Assembly (NCBI GenBank): GCA_050303635.1
Contig: JBNLCD010000003.1
Location: 1 to 38,469 of the forward strand
Reading direction: 5' to 3'
DNA from: Anaerolineae bacterium
GTDB taxonomy: Bacteria; Chloroflexota; Anaerolineae; Aggregatilineales; J027
Length of the DNA: 38,469 nt
In this document: positions 25,265 through 35,493 of the stretch, piece after piece
Numbering within the stretch: the stretch's first letter is position 1
How the letters are laid out: every line of letters begins with the position of its first letter
Notes under the pieces: generated by a model
What the model was told of the DNA's origin: nothing
What the model saw: only the letters and a program-made list of their open reading frames with translations
The model's database searches: none
Program-made: the position numbers and the translations under genes

Positions 25265-28153
25265 CTAATCTAACGACTTCATATCATACCAGTTATGCCC
25301 GACATTTGCATCGGCGCGTAGCGGCGCATCAAGTTGATAAGCGTTTTCCATCGTTTCGCGTACTAATGGGGCTACGTTATCCAATTCAACTTCGGGTACT
25401 TCGAGTACCAATTCATCGTGAACTTGTAAGATCATACGTGCGCGATAATCTTGAACACGTAACTCACGATGGAGATTAATCATAGCAATCTTGAGGATAT
25501 CTGCCGCCGTACCCTGAATCGGCATATTGATGGCTTCCCGCTCAGCCCGTTGTTTTTGCATATGGCCGGCATTGCTGGATTCAAGGAGTTCCGGGAAATA
25601 GCGGCGTCGCCCTAACAACGTTTCGACATAACCATTGGCCCGCGCTTGTTCTTTACTTTCATCCAGATATTGCTTCACACCCGGAAAGCGTTCAAAATAC
25701 GTATCGATAAAATATTGGGCGTCTTTGCGTGACATCCCGGCATCACGCGCCAAACGAAATGCGCCCATACCATACATTAAACCGAAATTAACAGACTTGG
25801 CAAAGCTACGTTGCTCATAAGTCACTTCATCCATCGGAACTTGATGAACTGTCGCCGCGGTACTACGATGAATATCTAAGCCCTGATGGAAAGCATCGAG
25901 CAAAGCCTCATCTTGACTGAAATGCGCCAAAATACGCAATTCAACCTGTGAATAGTCCACGGCCAACAAGACGTGGTTAGCTTCAGCCACAAAAGCCTTC
26001 CGCACGCGGCGACCTTCTTCGGATCGAATCGGGATATTTTGCAGATTGGGGTCAGTCGATGAAAATCGTCCAGTAACAGCGCCTGTCTGATTGTAACTGG
26101 TGTGAACACGACCGGTGGCTGGATTAATCAATGCCGGTAAAGCATCGACATACGTACTCTTGAGCTTAGTTAATCCGCGATATTCCAGAATATAATCAAT
26201 GATTGGGTGTTCACCACGCAAATCTTCGAGAACCGCCGCAGTAATTGAATAGTTGCCTGTCTTAGTCTTCTTGAGACCTTTAGTGGGCAACATCAATTTT
26301 TCAAAGAGTACCTCATTGAGTTGATTTAAACTGCTGATATTAAATTCACCATAATCGCCCGCTAAATCGTAGATTTGGTTCTCAATATCGGCAATACGAT
26401 CATCTAATTCTTCCGATAGTTCGTGGAGATACTCAACATTGAGGCTAATCCCGCGCATTTCAATATCAGCAATAATCGGAATGAGCGGCATTTCAATTTC
26501 TTCGAAGAGTTTTTCGGATTGCTCATCTGGCAATTGTTCAAGCAAAACAGGTAATAAGCGATGTAGCATAGCGGTATCCGCCGCCGCATAATTGGCCGCC
26601 GGGACAATCGGCACCCGCGCGAATGAAATTTGCTTGGCACCTTTACCAATGAGTTCGGTGATTTCTTGCATGGCTTTGCCGAGACGGTCTGATACTAAAT
26701 TTTTGAGGCCTAAATTACGTGATCCTGGTTCACGGACCCATTCAATTAGCATGGTGTCATAAGTGATAGGTTGAACATCAATCCCATAGCGACGAAGCAT
26801 AATAAGATCAAACTTCGCGTTGTGCGCAACTTTGCCAATATCGGGATTGGTGAGGGCGGGGCGTAAGCTATCGATGACAATAGCGAGAGGCAGTTGCTTC
26901 AGCTTTCCGGTTGTTTCTTCGATTTCTGTTTCATCACCAAACATATTCATCTGGCGCGGTTTACCTTTAGATGTCATATCAATACGACCATCGGGCCAAA
27001 CACCACCCTCAATATCATCTGCCGAATCAGATGGCACATGCCCTAATGGAATATAGTAGCCAGTATCGCCATCAACAGCAATTGAAATGCCGACTAACTT
27101 ATCCTGCATCTTATTGACACCCGTAGTCTCAACGTCAAATGCAATCGTTTCTGCTTTATTGAGTTTATCAACCAGTTTTTTCAAGTCGGCTTCGTCATCA
27201 ATAACCAAGACTTGCATTTCGATTGCTTCAGATTCATCGAGAATAATGGGATCACCGTCGTCAAAATCGTCATCGTGCATACCCCGCAAGCGAGAAGTTA
27301 GCGTGCGGAATTGCAATTCGCGGAAGATTTGCAGAACTTCGGCTGGATCATAATCGTGGGTAACACAAGAGGGTAAATCTAGTTGAATCGGCACATCTCG
27401 TTGAATAGTCGCTAATTGACGACTCAAAAAGGCAAGTTCACGGTCCCGTTCTAAATATTCGCGTCGCTTACCCTTAAACTCTTCAATATGTTCGTACACG
27501 CCTTCGATATTGTCATAATCACTAATGAGTTGTAGAGCTGTTTTCTCGCCAATTTTATAAACACCGGGAATATTATCGGATGAATCGCCCATCAAGCCCT
27601 TAAGTTCTGCTAAGTGATGGGGTTCCAGGCCTGCATATTTTTCCGCAAATTCTTTTAATCCCCAGATTTTCTCAGAACGTGTTTTCCGGTCAGGGAGTTG
27701 AACGACAGTATGCTCGCTAACGAGTTGCAAAATATCTCGATCGCCGGAGATAATGCGTATATCACAGCCTAGTTCCTCAGCTTGAGCGGCCACAGTACCG
27801 ATAATATCATCGGCCTCATATCCATCCAATGCCAGAATGGGGATATTAAATGCTTCCACGACTTGATAAATGCGATCCATCTGGATGCTCAGATCATCGT
27901 CCATCTTCTCGCGGGTACCTTTATAGTCTGGATAAACTTCGCCACGTCCGCTGAGACCCCGATCAAAACTAATCGCAAAATAATCCGGTGATTCATCCAA
28001 AATATCAAAAATTAAGCGTGTGAAACCAAATGTGGCATTAGTCGGTTCACCTGATTCAGTCCGAAAAGTGGGTGCTTGCAATGCAAAAAATGCACGATAT
28101 GCGACGGCATGACCATCGACCAAAACAAGTAAGGGGCGTTTAGATGCAGACAT
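25265..28153 (-). CDS. polA: DNA polymerase I
   Basis: 5'-3' exonuclease (LVDGH, YEADD, GDSSDNIPGV), 3'-5' exonuclease (FDVET, HNAKFD, YAAAD), polymerase motifs DYSQVELR, KSVNFGLMYG, QVHDEL. Confidence 0.98.
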   Translation of the reverse strand: MSASKRPLLVLVDGHAVAYRAFFALQAPTFRTESGEPTNATFGFTRLIFDILDESPDYFAISFDRGLSGRGEVYPDYKGTREKMDDDLSIQMDRIYQVVEAFNIPILALDGYEADDIIGTVAAQAEELGCDIRIISGDRDILQLVSEHTVVQLPDRKTRSEKIWGLKEFAEKYAGLEPHHLAELKGLMGDSSDNIPGVYKIGEKTALQLISDYDNIEGVYEHIEEFKGKRREYLERDRELAFLSRQLATIQRDVPIQLDLPSCVTHDYDPAEVLQIFRELQFRTLTSRLRGMHDDDFDDGDPIILDESEAIEMQVLVIDDEADLKKLVDKLNKAETIAFDVETTGVNKMQDKLVGISIAVDGDTGYYIPLGHVPSDSADDIEGGVWPDGRIDMTSKGKPRQMNMFGDETEIEETTGKLKQLPLAIVIDSLRPALTNPDIGKVAHNAKFDLIMLRRYGIDVQPITYDTMLIEWVREPGSRNLGLKNLVSDRLGKAMQEITELIGKGAKQISFARVPIVPAANYAAADTAMLHRLLPVLLEQLPDEQSEKLFEEIEMPLIPIIADIEMRGISLNVEYLHELSEELDDRIADIENQIYDLAGDYGEFNISSLNQLNEVLFEKLMLPTKGLKKTKTGNYSITAAVLEDLRGEHPIIDYILEYRGLTKLKSTYVDALPALINPATGRVHTSYNQTGAVTGRFSSTDPNLQNIPIRSEEGRRVRKAFVAEANHVLLAVDYSQVELRILAHFSQDEALLDAFHQGLDIHRSTAATVHQVPMDEVTYEQRSFAKSVNFGLMYGMGAFRLARDAGMSRKDAQYFIDTYFERFPGVKQYLDESKEQARANGYVETLLGRRRYFPELLESSNAGHMQKQRAEREAINMPIQGTAADILKIAMINLHRELRVQDYRARMILQVHDELVLEVPEVELDNVAPLVRETMENAYQLDAPLRADANVGHNWYDMKSLD

Positions 28154-28180
28154 GGGGAAAATCCTTTGACTGACAGAATG

Positions 28181-28206
28181 CGAACATACGTGCGGGTATT
28201 ATAACA
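28181..28206 (-). promoter_or_regulatory. polA extended -10 promoter with an adjacent LexA-box-like site
   Basis: Minus strand TGTTATAAT (28206-28198); CGAAC-ATAC-GTGCG at 28181-28194. Confidence 0.55.
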
Positions 28207-28251
28207 TATTGCAAAGGTATCATCCTCAGTCATTCAAAAGAAGATTCAAAA

Positions 28252-30174
28252 TCATTCTGGCCAAACCAACTCCCATAAAACAATATCTTGATCATAACTT
28301 GCTGTGGCCAGAATATTTTCGGTCGGGTGCCATTGCATATCTGTTATGGATGAGTTCGAACCCTCCACTTTTTGTAACAGGGTCAAGTCATTTAAATCCC
28401 AAAGTCGTAACGTGCCATCTTGGTGTCCGCTGATCAGTAAATTTTGACTTGGATGCCATGCAAGTTCATAGGTTGGGTTATCTGTATCAATTTCGATAAC
28501 CTTATCCGTAACAATATTCCAAATAAATATACGACCTTCACTATTACCTAAAGCCAGTTGTTTGCCATCACTTGACCAAACTGCGTCATAGAGAAAACTG
28601 GAGCGGTCATCACGCTCAAATCCACTTAGATCATTTCGTTCCGCAATAATCTCTTGAGAGTTGTAATCATAAATAACCACATTCGATCCGAAATAAAAGG
28701 CAATCTTTGAACCATCCGGCGACCACGATGATAGCCTAAATGGTGCATTTAATATTGCTAAATCACTGCTAAGTTCTAGATTTTCGTCGAGGATATGGGT
28801 GTCGGCATAATGAACCAAGATTGTCTTATCAATTGGATGAACACTGATACGGACAAAATCTTGGGCCTTGATTGGTGAATGCCACTCTGCTTCTAAATCA
28901 CAATCTTGCCAATTCCATTTACGGATAGTCATTTCCCAAAATTGACTAGTAAAAATGTAGTTTCCCGTGTTATCCCACTCTAAATCAGCGATGAAAGCGC
29001 GTGGCGTATCACACCCTACCACCAGTTGATGCGTGTCTTGACTCCAAATGCGGAGACGATTATCCCCAAATGGTCCATCCGTAATCCGATAACCACCATG
29101 CCCACTCGCTAAATATTGACCATCGAGACTCCAACCTAAGGTGTCTGTCCACCGATAATGTTCATACAGGGTATTCAATAATACCCCTGATTCAGCATCA
29201 AATATTTGAGCACCACCCACGTCTGATACAAGGATATGATGACCATTGGGTTGCCAATCGATATGACGACCAAAAACTTCGCGGAAAGAAATTTCTGGCT
29301 CTAAATCGATGGGTTCTAAAGTATCAACTGATAAAATTTCCACCGTTGAATCAGGCGAAGTAATCGCAATTTGCGAGCTGTCAGACTTCCAACTTACCCC
29401 GCTGGTCCATTCATCATAAAAATCTACTTTTTTCGCGAGCAGTTGACCTGTTTCAGTGTCAAATAAAGCGAGTTGCGGTATTTCTTGATTGGCCAAGCCT
29501 GTAAATTGGGTATGTTCAGCATTCCATGCCACAGACTGACTACAAGCGCGTCCGAGCAAAATATTATCAATGCGTGTTTCGTCCAGAACCTGACCAGACT
29601 GACTTTGTATTTGACGTAACTGAGGCCCATTTTCATCTTGGCCAAGTATGCCCAGCGTATCATTATCGAACCACTCTATTACATAAGGTATATATACATT
29701 TGCATCGCCGATGGATGGATAGGTAAAAATTATTTCATTGTTGTTCACACCAATTACTTCTATTTGATGATTAGGATTGTAGAGTGCTAGCTTTTGTCCA
29801 TCAGGGCTAAGCGTTGAGCAAAAATATTGCCCTTCAACGGATAACAGATTTTCAGTCGCTAGATCCAAAACAAAAATATTATTCTCTTCATCAGAAATAA
29901 CCAAATGATGATTATTTTCACTCCACTGCACACTATCCAGTGGTATATCTATAACGTGTTTTATGAGTTCAAACTCAGGTGTATACAGCCATAAGCCCTT
30001 GGAGCCCACAACTGCTATCATTGAACCATCTGAACTCCATTGACTGTCTAGAATCGAACCTCGCCCTAGGTGCTCAAGTTCAACCAATTGGGGTGTATTG
30101 GAATTATTTTGAGAATAAACGAACTGAGGAAAAACAAAGACTAGACCCAGTAAAAAGATCACTAATTTTGACAT
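28252..30174 (-). CDS. Secreted WD40 beta-propeller protein
   Basis: Signal peptide; many W(S/H)PDG...ASG..D..LRIW repeats. Confidence 0.88.
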   Translation of the reverse strand: MSKLVIFLLGLVFVFPQFVYSQNNSNTPQLVELEHLGRGSILDSQWSSDGSMIAVVGSKGLWLYTPEFELIKHVIDIPLDSVQWSENNHHLVISDEENNIFVLDLATENLLSVEGQYFCSTLSPDGQKLALYNPNHQIEVIGVNNNEIIFTYPSIGDANVYIPYVIEWFDNDTLGILGQDENGPQLRQIQSQSGQVLDETRIDNILLGRACSQSVAWNAEHTQFTGLANQEIPQLALFDTETGQLLAKKVDFYDEWTSGVSWKSDSSQIAITSPDSTVEILSVDTLEPIDLEPEISFREVFGRHIDWQPNGHHILVSDVGGAQIFDAESGVLLNTLYEHYRWTDTLGWSLDGQYLASGHGGYRITDGPFGDNRLRIWSQDTHQLVVGCDTPRAFIADLEWDNTGNYIFTSQFWEMTIRKWNWQDCDLEAEWHSPIKAQDFVRISVHPIDKTILVHYADTHILDENLELSSDLAILNAPFRLSSWSPDGSKIAFYFGSNVVIYDYNSQEIIAERNDLSGFERDDRSSFLYDAVWSSDGKQLALGNSEGRIFIWNIVTDKVIEIDTDNPTYELAWHPSQNLLISGHQDGTLRLWDLNDLTLLQKVEGSNSSITDMQWHPTENILATASYDQDIVLWELVWPE

Positions 30175-30276
30175 GGTTGCCTCTTCACCAACAAGAAATA
30201 ATCTAAGTGTTATTTTAAGAAATTGCCGAGCATCTCGCTGAATGTCAGCACCACGCTTAACCTCTGTTTGCTAAAC

Positions 30277-30310
30277 AAAAAACAGACGGGCTATGATTAC
30301 CCGTCTGTTG
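30277..30310 (-). terminator. Intrinsic terminator
   Basis: AACAGACGGG / CCCGTCTGTT stem with flanking A-run. Confidence 0.75.
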
Positions 30311-30337
30311 CGTTTTTCAATTTTTGTTCCGAGGAGT

Positions 30338-30877
30338 TTAGTTGAAACTTTCACCGACGTCACGAATAGTCGTCAGAACTTCATCCCACTCTTCATCAGT
30401 TAGTTCAGAATCAGGACTATCTTTGATAAATTCAACTTCAATAATGACCGTGCGGTTGCTCTGCTTGGTATCTTTCGTGAAAAGGGCTAACTTGCCATTG
30501 GGCATTTCAGCAGTTTGGATGGTTTTAAACATCTTGTAGCGTACCACTTGATTCCGCTCGAACTGCACCCCCAACAACTGTAAATCTCTCATCCGTCGAC
30601 TATAGGCGACTTCAGTCGAAGATTCTGTACTGAAGGTATCAATCACAATATACAACGCGCCCGCACTATTGCTGTATTCAAGCGTAATATGCCCAACATT
30701 ATCAACTGACTCAACCGTCAGTTCAACTGTCCGGTTATCTTCGAGCCGAAAAATACCGATTTTATCAGGGAAGCGTTCAGCATAGTGTTTAGCGTCGGCT
30801 TTAGGGCCACCACCACACGCGCTTAAAGCAAGTGAGAAGATTATAATTATCAAGCCAAGCGGTAGTAATTTACGCAT
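30338..30877 (-). CDS. Putative lipoprotein
   Basis: MRK + hydrophobic stretch + lipobox LSAC-GG. Confidence 0.8.
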   Translation of the reverse strand: MRKLLPLGLIIIIFSLALSACGGGPKADAKHYAERFPDKIGIFRLEDNRTVELTVESVDNVGHITLEYSNSAGALYIVIDTFSTESSTEVAYSRRMRDLQLLGVQFERNQVVRYKMFKTIQTAEMPNGKLALFTKDTKQSNRTVIIEVEFIKDSPDSELTDEEWDEVLTTIRDVGESFN

Positions 30878-30920
30878 CGGTTGATGTCCTTTAAGAAAAA
30901 CAATAGTTTTTAAAACTGAT

Positions 30921-30954
30921 AAAAAAGTGAGGGGAAGTTAGGCATCCCCTCGCT
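30921..30954 (-). terminator. Probable terminator
   Basis: AGTGAGGGGA / TCCCCTCGCT stem preceded by an A-run. Confidence 0.5.
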
Positions 30955-30983
30955 AAAGATCACTCATAACTATGATGCACAGC

Positions 30984-31235
30984 TTATTCTGGCAGAATCT
31001 TGGTATCCAAGAAGTAGTCAAGCCAAATTACTAACAACATAGCGATGGAAAAAGCGGAAAGGAAGAAATAGTTCACTCCAAAACGCTCTAAACTTGTCGC
31101 AAAGACCACAAAAACGAGGAGCCAGGTCACAACGAAGCCCACAGCAATGGACACAGCCCATACACCATACCCCATCAGGGTACGCATGGATGCACCTTCG
31201 TTTTTGTTCTTTTCAGGGGTATCGCTCATTTTCAT
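30984..31235 (-). CDS. Small two-TM membrane protein
   Basis: Two hydrophobic helices, C-terminal IWLDYFLDTKILPE; AGGAG RBS favours the start at 31229. Confidence 0.75.
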   Translation of the reverse strand: MKMSDTPEKNKNEGASMRTLMGYGVWAVSIAVGFVVTWLLVFVVFATSLERFGVNYFFLSAFSIAMLLVIWLDYFLDTKILPE

Positions 31236-31373
31236 CTCCTGAAAGTTACACTTCAGTGGCGAAATTTATTTGATAGAATATCGAGCCTGATTGTAACGGA
31301 AGGCCTACGCAAAGGCAAGGTTTTAAGCTAAATTATGCGAATAAACTTAAGCCCCTGCCCTGCAATTTCAGTC

Positions 31374-32972
31374 CTATTTCATGCCTGTCGTCGCGATTCC
31401 ACTAGTAATATGCCGTTGTAGAAAGGCAAAAACAACGGTAATCGGCAGTAAAGTTAAAACAGACATCGCCAAGATGAGGTGCTGTTGGGTATTCAATGCT
31501 CCTTGGAATGATTGGAGGCCCACCGGTAGCGTGAAGAGATCATTTCGACTGACTACCACAAACGGCCACAAGAAGTCATTCCAACGCCACATGACTGAGA
31601 AAATCGCCAATACGGCCAAAGCCGGACGCGCCAAGGGCAAAATCACTTGCCAGAAGATACGCCATTCACTTGCGCCATCAATCCGCGCGGCATCCAATAA
31701 TTCATCCGGAATGGTCAACATATACTGGCGGAGCAAAAAGACGCCTGTTGGCGTTGCCGCGCCGGGAATGATAAGTCCCCACAGATTATTGACCCAGCGT
31801 ACTTCAGAAATCATCAGGAAGGCAGGCACCAAAATGACCGAAATGGGAACCATCAGTGTACTGATGATGACAATAAAGATTGCATCCCGACCAAAGAACT
31901 TATATTTACTCAGACCAAAAGCGGCCATGCTATTGATGAGCAATGTCACGCCTGTGGCTAAAATCGTGACCACCAAACTATTGCGGAGATACACCATAAA
32001 ATTGAATTTTTCGATGCCTTCTTCATAATTTTCAAAGCTAAAGTGTAATTCGGGCACGGCTTCCCAAATATTGGTGACATCGCCATATTGGGTCCTCAAT
32101 TCTTTGAGAACTACAAATTCACCAGCTTCCACATCATTAGGATCGATCATCGGAAAGCCTGCCCCTTTAGGTGGACCCGCTTGGGCAAGCTGTTTGGTTT
32201 CAGTGATCGTCAGACTCGTTTCAACCGTTTGACCTTCAAGTAAGGTAGGAATATGAGAGTCTTTGAGACGATGCGTCGTCACCAAACGATAATCATCAAT
32301 CAGAATATGATATTGCACCAATTGTTGTAATAATTCTGCATTTTCCGGTTGCAATAATGCACCAAGTGTTCCTTGACCATATTCAGCCTCAAATTGCGTA
32401 ATGGCTTCATCAGTCGGCGCTAAGATGGTATAAGGATCGTCGCTACTTAATTCTGGAATATCCGCTTGCGCTAGAACTTGGCCCCAGATCGAAATTTCGG
32501 GATAAGATTGGGCGACTTCGAGCAGATTGCCCTCTTCAAGTGGCGTTAAATCGGGGTTGCTGGTTAAAGTTGTTTCACTGGGTACCAATGCATCAATTGC
32601 CGATTTAAGTGAATTCGGCACAAGCACTGTATCAATGGTTTGAATATACCCATTCGTCGCTTCGATATCTTGTGTCACAATATGCGCTGAATTGAAGCGA
32701 TATTCTTTAAAGGTTACATCCCACAAAATCAATGGTTCATCATAACCTTCAACTTCAACCGCTTTTTGCCGATAAGGCAAAAAGGTTGGGTTTTCAGCGT
32801 AAATAAGTGAAGCATCTTTGAAGGATGACATAATAAGCCACAGCACCGGACCAAACATTACAACCACGCCCACGAGCAAATAGGCATAGGTGATGATATC
32901 GGTCAAGTTGAGGCCTTTGCGTCCTTGGCGTAATTTTAAAAATCCCCAAACGGAGGTAGGTTGGGTTGACAT
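31374..32972 (-). CDS. Carbohydrate ABC permease (MalG-type) with a fasciclin-like insertion
   Basis: EAA loop IPDELLDAARIDGASEWRIF; FAS1 motifs in the first extracytoplasmic loop; GAGGAG RBS favours ATG 32972. Confidence 0.92.
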   Translation of the reverse strand: MSTQPTSVWGFLKLRQGRKGLNLTDIITYAYLLVGVVVMFGPVLWLIMSSFKDASLIYAENPTFLPYRQKAVEVEGYDEPLILWDVTFKEYRFNSAHIVTQDIEATNGYIQTIDTVLVPNSLKSAIDALVPSETTLTSNPDLTPLEEGNLLEVAQSYPEISIWGQVLAQADIPELSSDDPYTILAPTDEAITQFEAEYGQGTLGALLQPENAELLQQLVQYHILIDDYRLVTTHRLKDSHIPTLLEGQTVETSLTITETKQLAQAGPPKGAGFPMIDPNDVEAGEFVVLKELRTQYGDVTNIWEAVPELHFSFENYEEGIEKFNFMVYLRNSLVVTILATGVTLLINSMAAFGLSKYKFFGRDAIFIVIISTLMVPISVILVPAFLMISEVRWVNNLWGLIIPGAATPTGVFLLRQYMLTIPDELLDAARIDGASEWRIFWQVILPLARPALAVLAIFSVMWRWNDFLWPFVVVSRNDLFTLPVGLQSFQGALNTQQHLILAMSVLTLLPITVVFAFLQRHITSGIATTGMK

Positions 32973-32987
32973 AATCTCTCTCCTCAA

Positions 32988-35399
32988 TTAGACCGATTCG
33001 CTACGACGACTAAAGTAGAGTTGTGCCATCGTCGCGATAAATAACACAATCGCCAGTAATAGTGAAGCTGATGAGGCCACCCCATAATTAGCCGGACTAC
33101 TTTCAAACGCCGCTTTATAAATATATTGCACAATGAGCGTTGTCGCTGAACCGGGACCACCACTGGTTAAAACGAAGATATGGTCAAAGGCTTGCACTGC
33201 TCGAATGAGCGCCAAAACCAGAACAACCGTCATCGTTGGCATCAAGAGCGGCAACGTAATCCGTGAAAATTGTTGGAATGAATTAGCCCCATCAATTGAA
33301 GCGGCTTCATAGAGTGCGCGGGGGATAGACTGGAGCCCCGCCAACAAAATCAGGGTATAGAATCCCATATAAGCCCAATCTGCCACGAAAATAATCCAGA
33401 AGAAGGACCAATTGCGCGCATCAGGATGGGCAATAAAGTGAATTTTGCCGATACCTGTATCTTCGAGGAAATTATTAATTAAGCCCGACTGATAGTCTAA
33501 AATCCAGAGCCAGATGTAGGCAATGACAACCGGTGAAAGTAAAACCGGAAAGAAGAAAATACTCCTGAAGAAACCACGCGCTACAATTTGCTGATTGAGG
33601 GCAAGTGCTGTGATCAAGGCTAGAAAAACCATCGAAATGACCTGAAAGGCGACATATTTAAATGTGTTGGGTACAGCCCGCCAAAAATCGGTCCCGACGA
33701 TATTATCCCCACAATCCGGCTTACCATAATTTTCGCATATGATAAGTTTTTCCATTGATTCGGTATGAAGTTGTTCTTCAGAATCAGCCCACCGTTTCTC
33801 TGGATTAAATGAGGTGCTATCCGTGAAACCAAAATAGAAATTGAGTAACATTGGCATCAAGATAAACACACCGAAAATCAGCATATTGGGCAAAATGAAA
33901 AGATAGGCCATTTGCTTATTGCCCATGCGGATCTGGATCGGGGTTAGAAGCATTTCAAAGGGAGCCATTAAGAAAGCAAAAAGCGAATAGAATACAAAAC
34001 TACGCTCGGTAATGGTCGCCTGACCCTCCTGCGAAAGCACTGCATTGGCAATCATACGGCCCAAAATAACGCTGAATGTTCCTATGCTGAGATACATGCC
34101 GATAACGACTGTGATCCCTAGTAAATCAAGAACATTCTTCGGGTGATCGAGATTGGTAAATTGTTGGAGCCATAGGGGCCGTTCTAAAAAGAAATTGTGC
34201 CAAACATTGCGGGTATCGATATACCATTGGGATTTAAGAATTTGCACGGTCGCCAACATCAAGAGTGTTGAAATAATGACCGCAACCGCCCCGCCGATAA
34301 ATGCGCCAATTTTGGGGTCATATTTGCGCTTGATGAAGACGCCTTCAATATTTGAACTCAGCGCAATAATCAAATAAAAGCTCATCCAAAGCGCTATGCC
34401 ACGGACAAGGGTGCTCATTTCTTGGCGGCTATAAAAACTTGCAAAAGGCACAATGATCAGGATGGCGACAAAACTCAACGCACTGCCTATTAAATAGTCT
34501 TTAAGTTGGGATCTCCCTTGGACAATGCGATCTTGATAGAAATTATCAAACACAATATAAACATACAACACCAGTAAACTTGCGACGGTGACGAAGTTGG
34601 TGCTTGTTCCAAGTTGCCAAGATAACCAAAGTAACCCCACAAATGGCAAACTCGTGCCGAGGCCGAGGCTGTAAATCTGAGCTGTCGTTAAATGTTTAGG
34701 TTTGGCTAGACGGGCATGATTGGCGGCGTTGACAGAGGTAAATAACGTTGTATAGACATAAACAAAGCCTGTAAAAACAATAAGCAAAGCACTGCGTTCG
34801 CTCGAACCGAAAACGCGCAACATGGCGATACCGCCCATTGCCATAGTTAAACCTGTAATATAGGAGGTGGCTGGATTCAATCTGAAATGGAAAATGGGGG
34901 CGTGATGTTTATCATCATGTTCCATCATACGCGTAGCAAAACTCATCATAAATAGATATATGAATAGACAGAAAACAATGAATACCCCTGAAACAGGCAC
35001 ATCAACCAGACGAGGTATTGTTATCAGAACGAGGCCGACAATGAGACCCAGCCCTGCACTCATGAAAAAGTTTTTCTGTTTCAAAACATATTCAAGGAGT
35101 GCATGACTCACAATAAAGGAATATACGACGATAAATGCACTCAAAATAATCAAATTTTTATCACTGACAAATTGAAACGACGCGCCATCTAAAATATCAG
35201 ACAAATAACGTTGATTCATCATCAGGGTAAGGCCCAAAACATTGATAATTGCACTAATGACGGCTTGTCGCGTGGGGGGGCGTGAATTGATTGTCGGATC
35301 AATATTTTTGGCGAGACTTTCCCATGTCAATAAATAGAGCGAGAAAAATCCAATTAAAATGAGGATCGGTTGCAAGTTATCAATTATAAATTTAAGCAA
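32988..35399 (-). CDS. Carbohydrate ABC permease (MalF-type) with a long multi-TM N-terminal extension
   Basis: LAGLQSIPRALYEAASIDGA, LTSGGPG; the canonical permease begins near AYLFILP at about aa 497. Confidence 0.9.
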   Translation of the reverse strand: MLKFIIDNLQPILILIGFFSLYLLTWESLAKNIDPTINSRPPTRQAVISAIINVLGLTLMMNQRYLSDILDGASFQFVSDKNLIILSAFIVVYSFIVSHALLEYVLKQKNFFMSAGLGLIVGLVLITIPRLVDVPVSGVFIVFCLFIYLFMMSFATRMMEHDDKHHAPIFHFRLNPATSYITGLTMAMGGIAMLRVFGSSERSALLIVFTGFVYVYTTLFTSVNAANHARLAKPKHLTTAQIYSLGLGTSLPFVGLLWLSWQLGTSTNFVTVASLLVLYVYIVFDNFYQDRIVQGRSQLKDYLIGSALSFVAILIIVPFASFYSRQEMSTLVRGIALWMSFYLIIALSSNIEGVFIKRKYDPKIGAFIGGAVAVIISTLLMLATVQILKSQWYIDTRNVWHNFFLERPLWLQQFTNLDHPKNVLDLLGITVVIGMYLSIGTFSVILGRMIANAVLSQEGQATITERSFVFYSLFAFLMAPFEMLLTPIQIRMGNKQMAYLFILPNMLIFGVFILMPMLLNFYFGFTDSTSFNPEKRWADSEEQLHTESMEKLIICENYGKPDCGDNIVGTDFWRAVPNTFKYVAFQVISMVFLALITALALNQQIVARGFFRSIFFFPVLLSPVVIAYIWLWILDYQSGLINNFLEDTGIGKIHFIAHPDARNWSFFWIIFVADWAYMGFYTLILLAGLQSIPRALYEAASIDGANSFQQFSRITLPLLMPTMTVVLVLALIRAVQAFDHIFVLTSGGPGSATTLIVQYIYKAAFESSPANYGVASSASLLLAIVLFIATMAQLYFSRRSESV

Positions 35400-35420
35400 C
35401 TCTTTTACCCTTCTACCTAA

Positions 35421-35472
35421 GAAAAAAATAGCCTGCTCAATATCTTTTTGTCAGATATAAGCAGGCTAAAAA
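35421..35472 (-). terminator. Intercistronic stem-loop after the binding-protein gene
   Basis: TAGCCTGCT (35429-35437) / AGCAGGCTA (35460-35468) with a T-run on the minus strand. Confidence 0.6.
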
Positions 35473-35493
35473 TTTACTTAACCGTTATATAAA

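Noticed and set aside
31381-32028. 215-aa + strand ORF and other antisense or nested ORFs inside the MFS, ABC and polA genes
   Set aside because: Shadow frames of well-supported genes with no independent motifs
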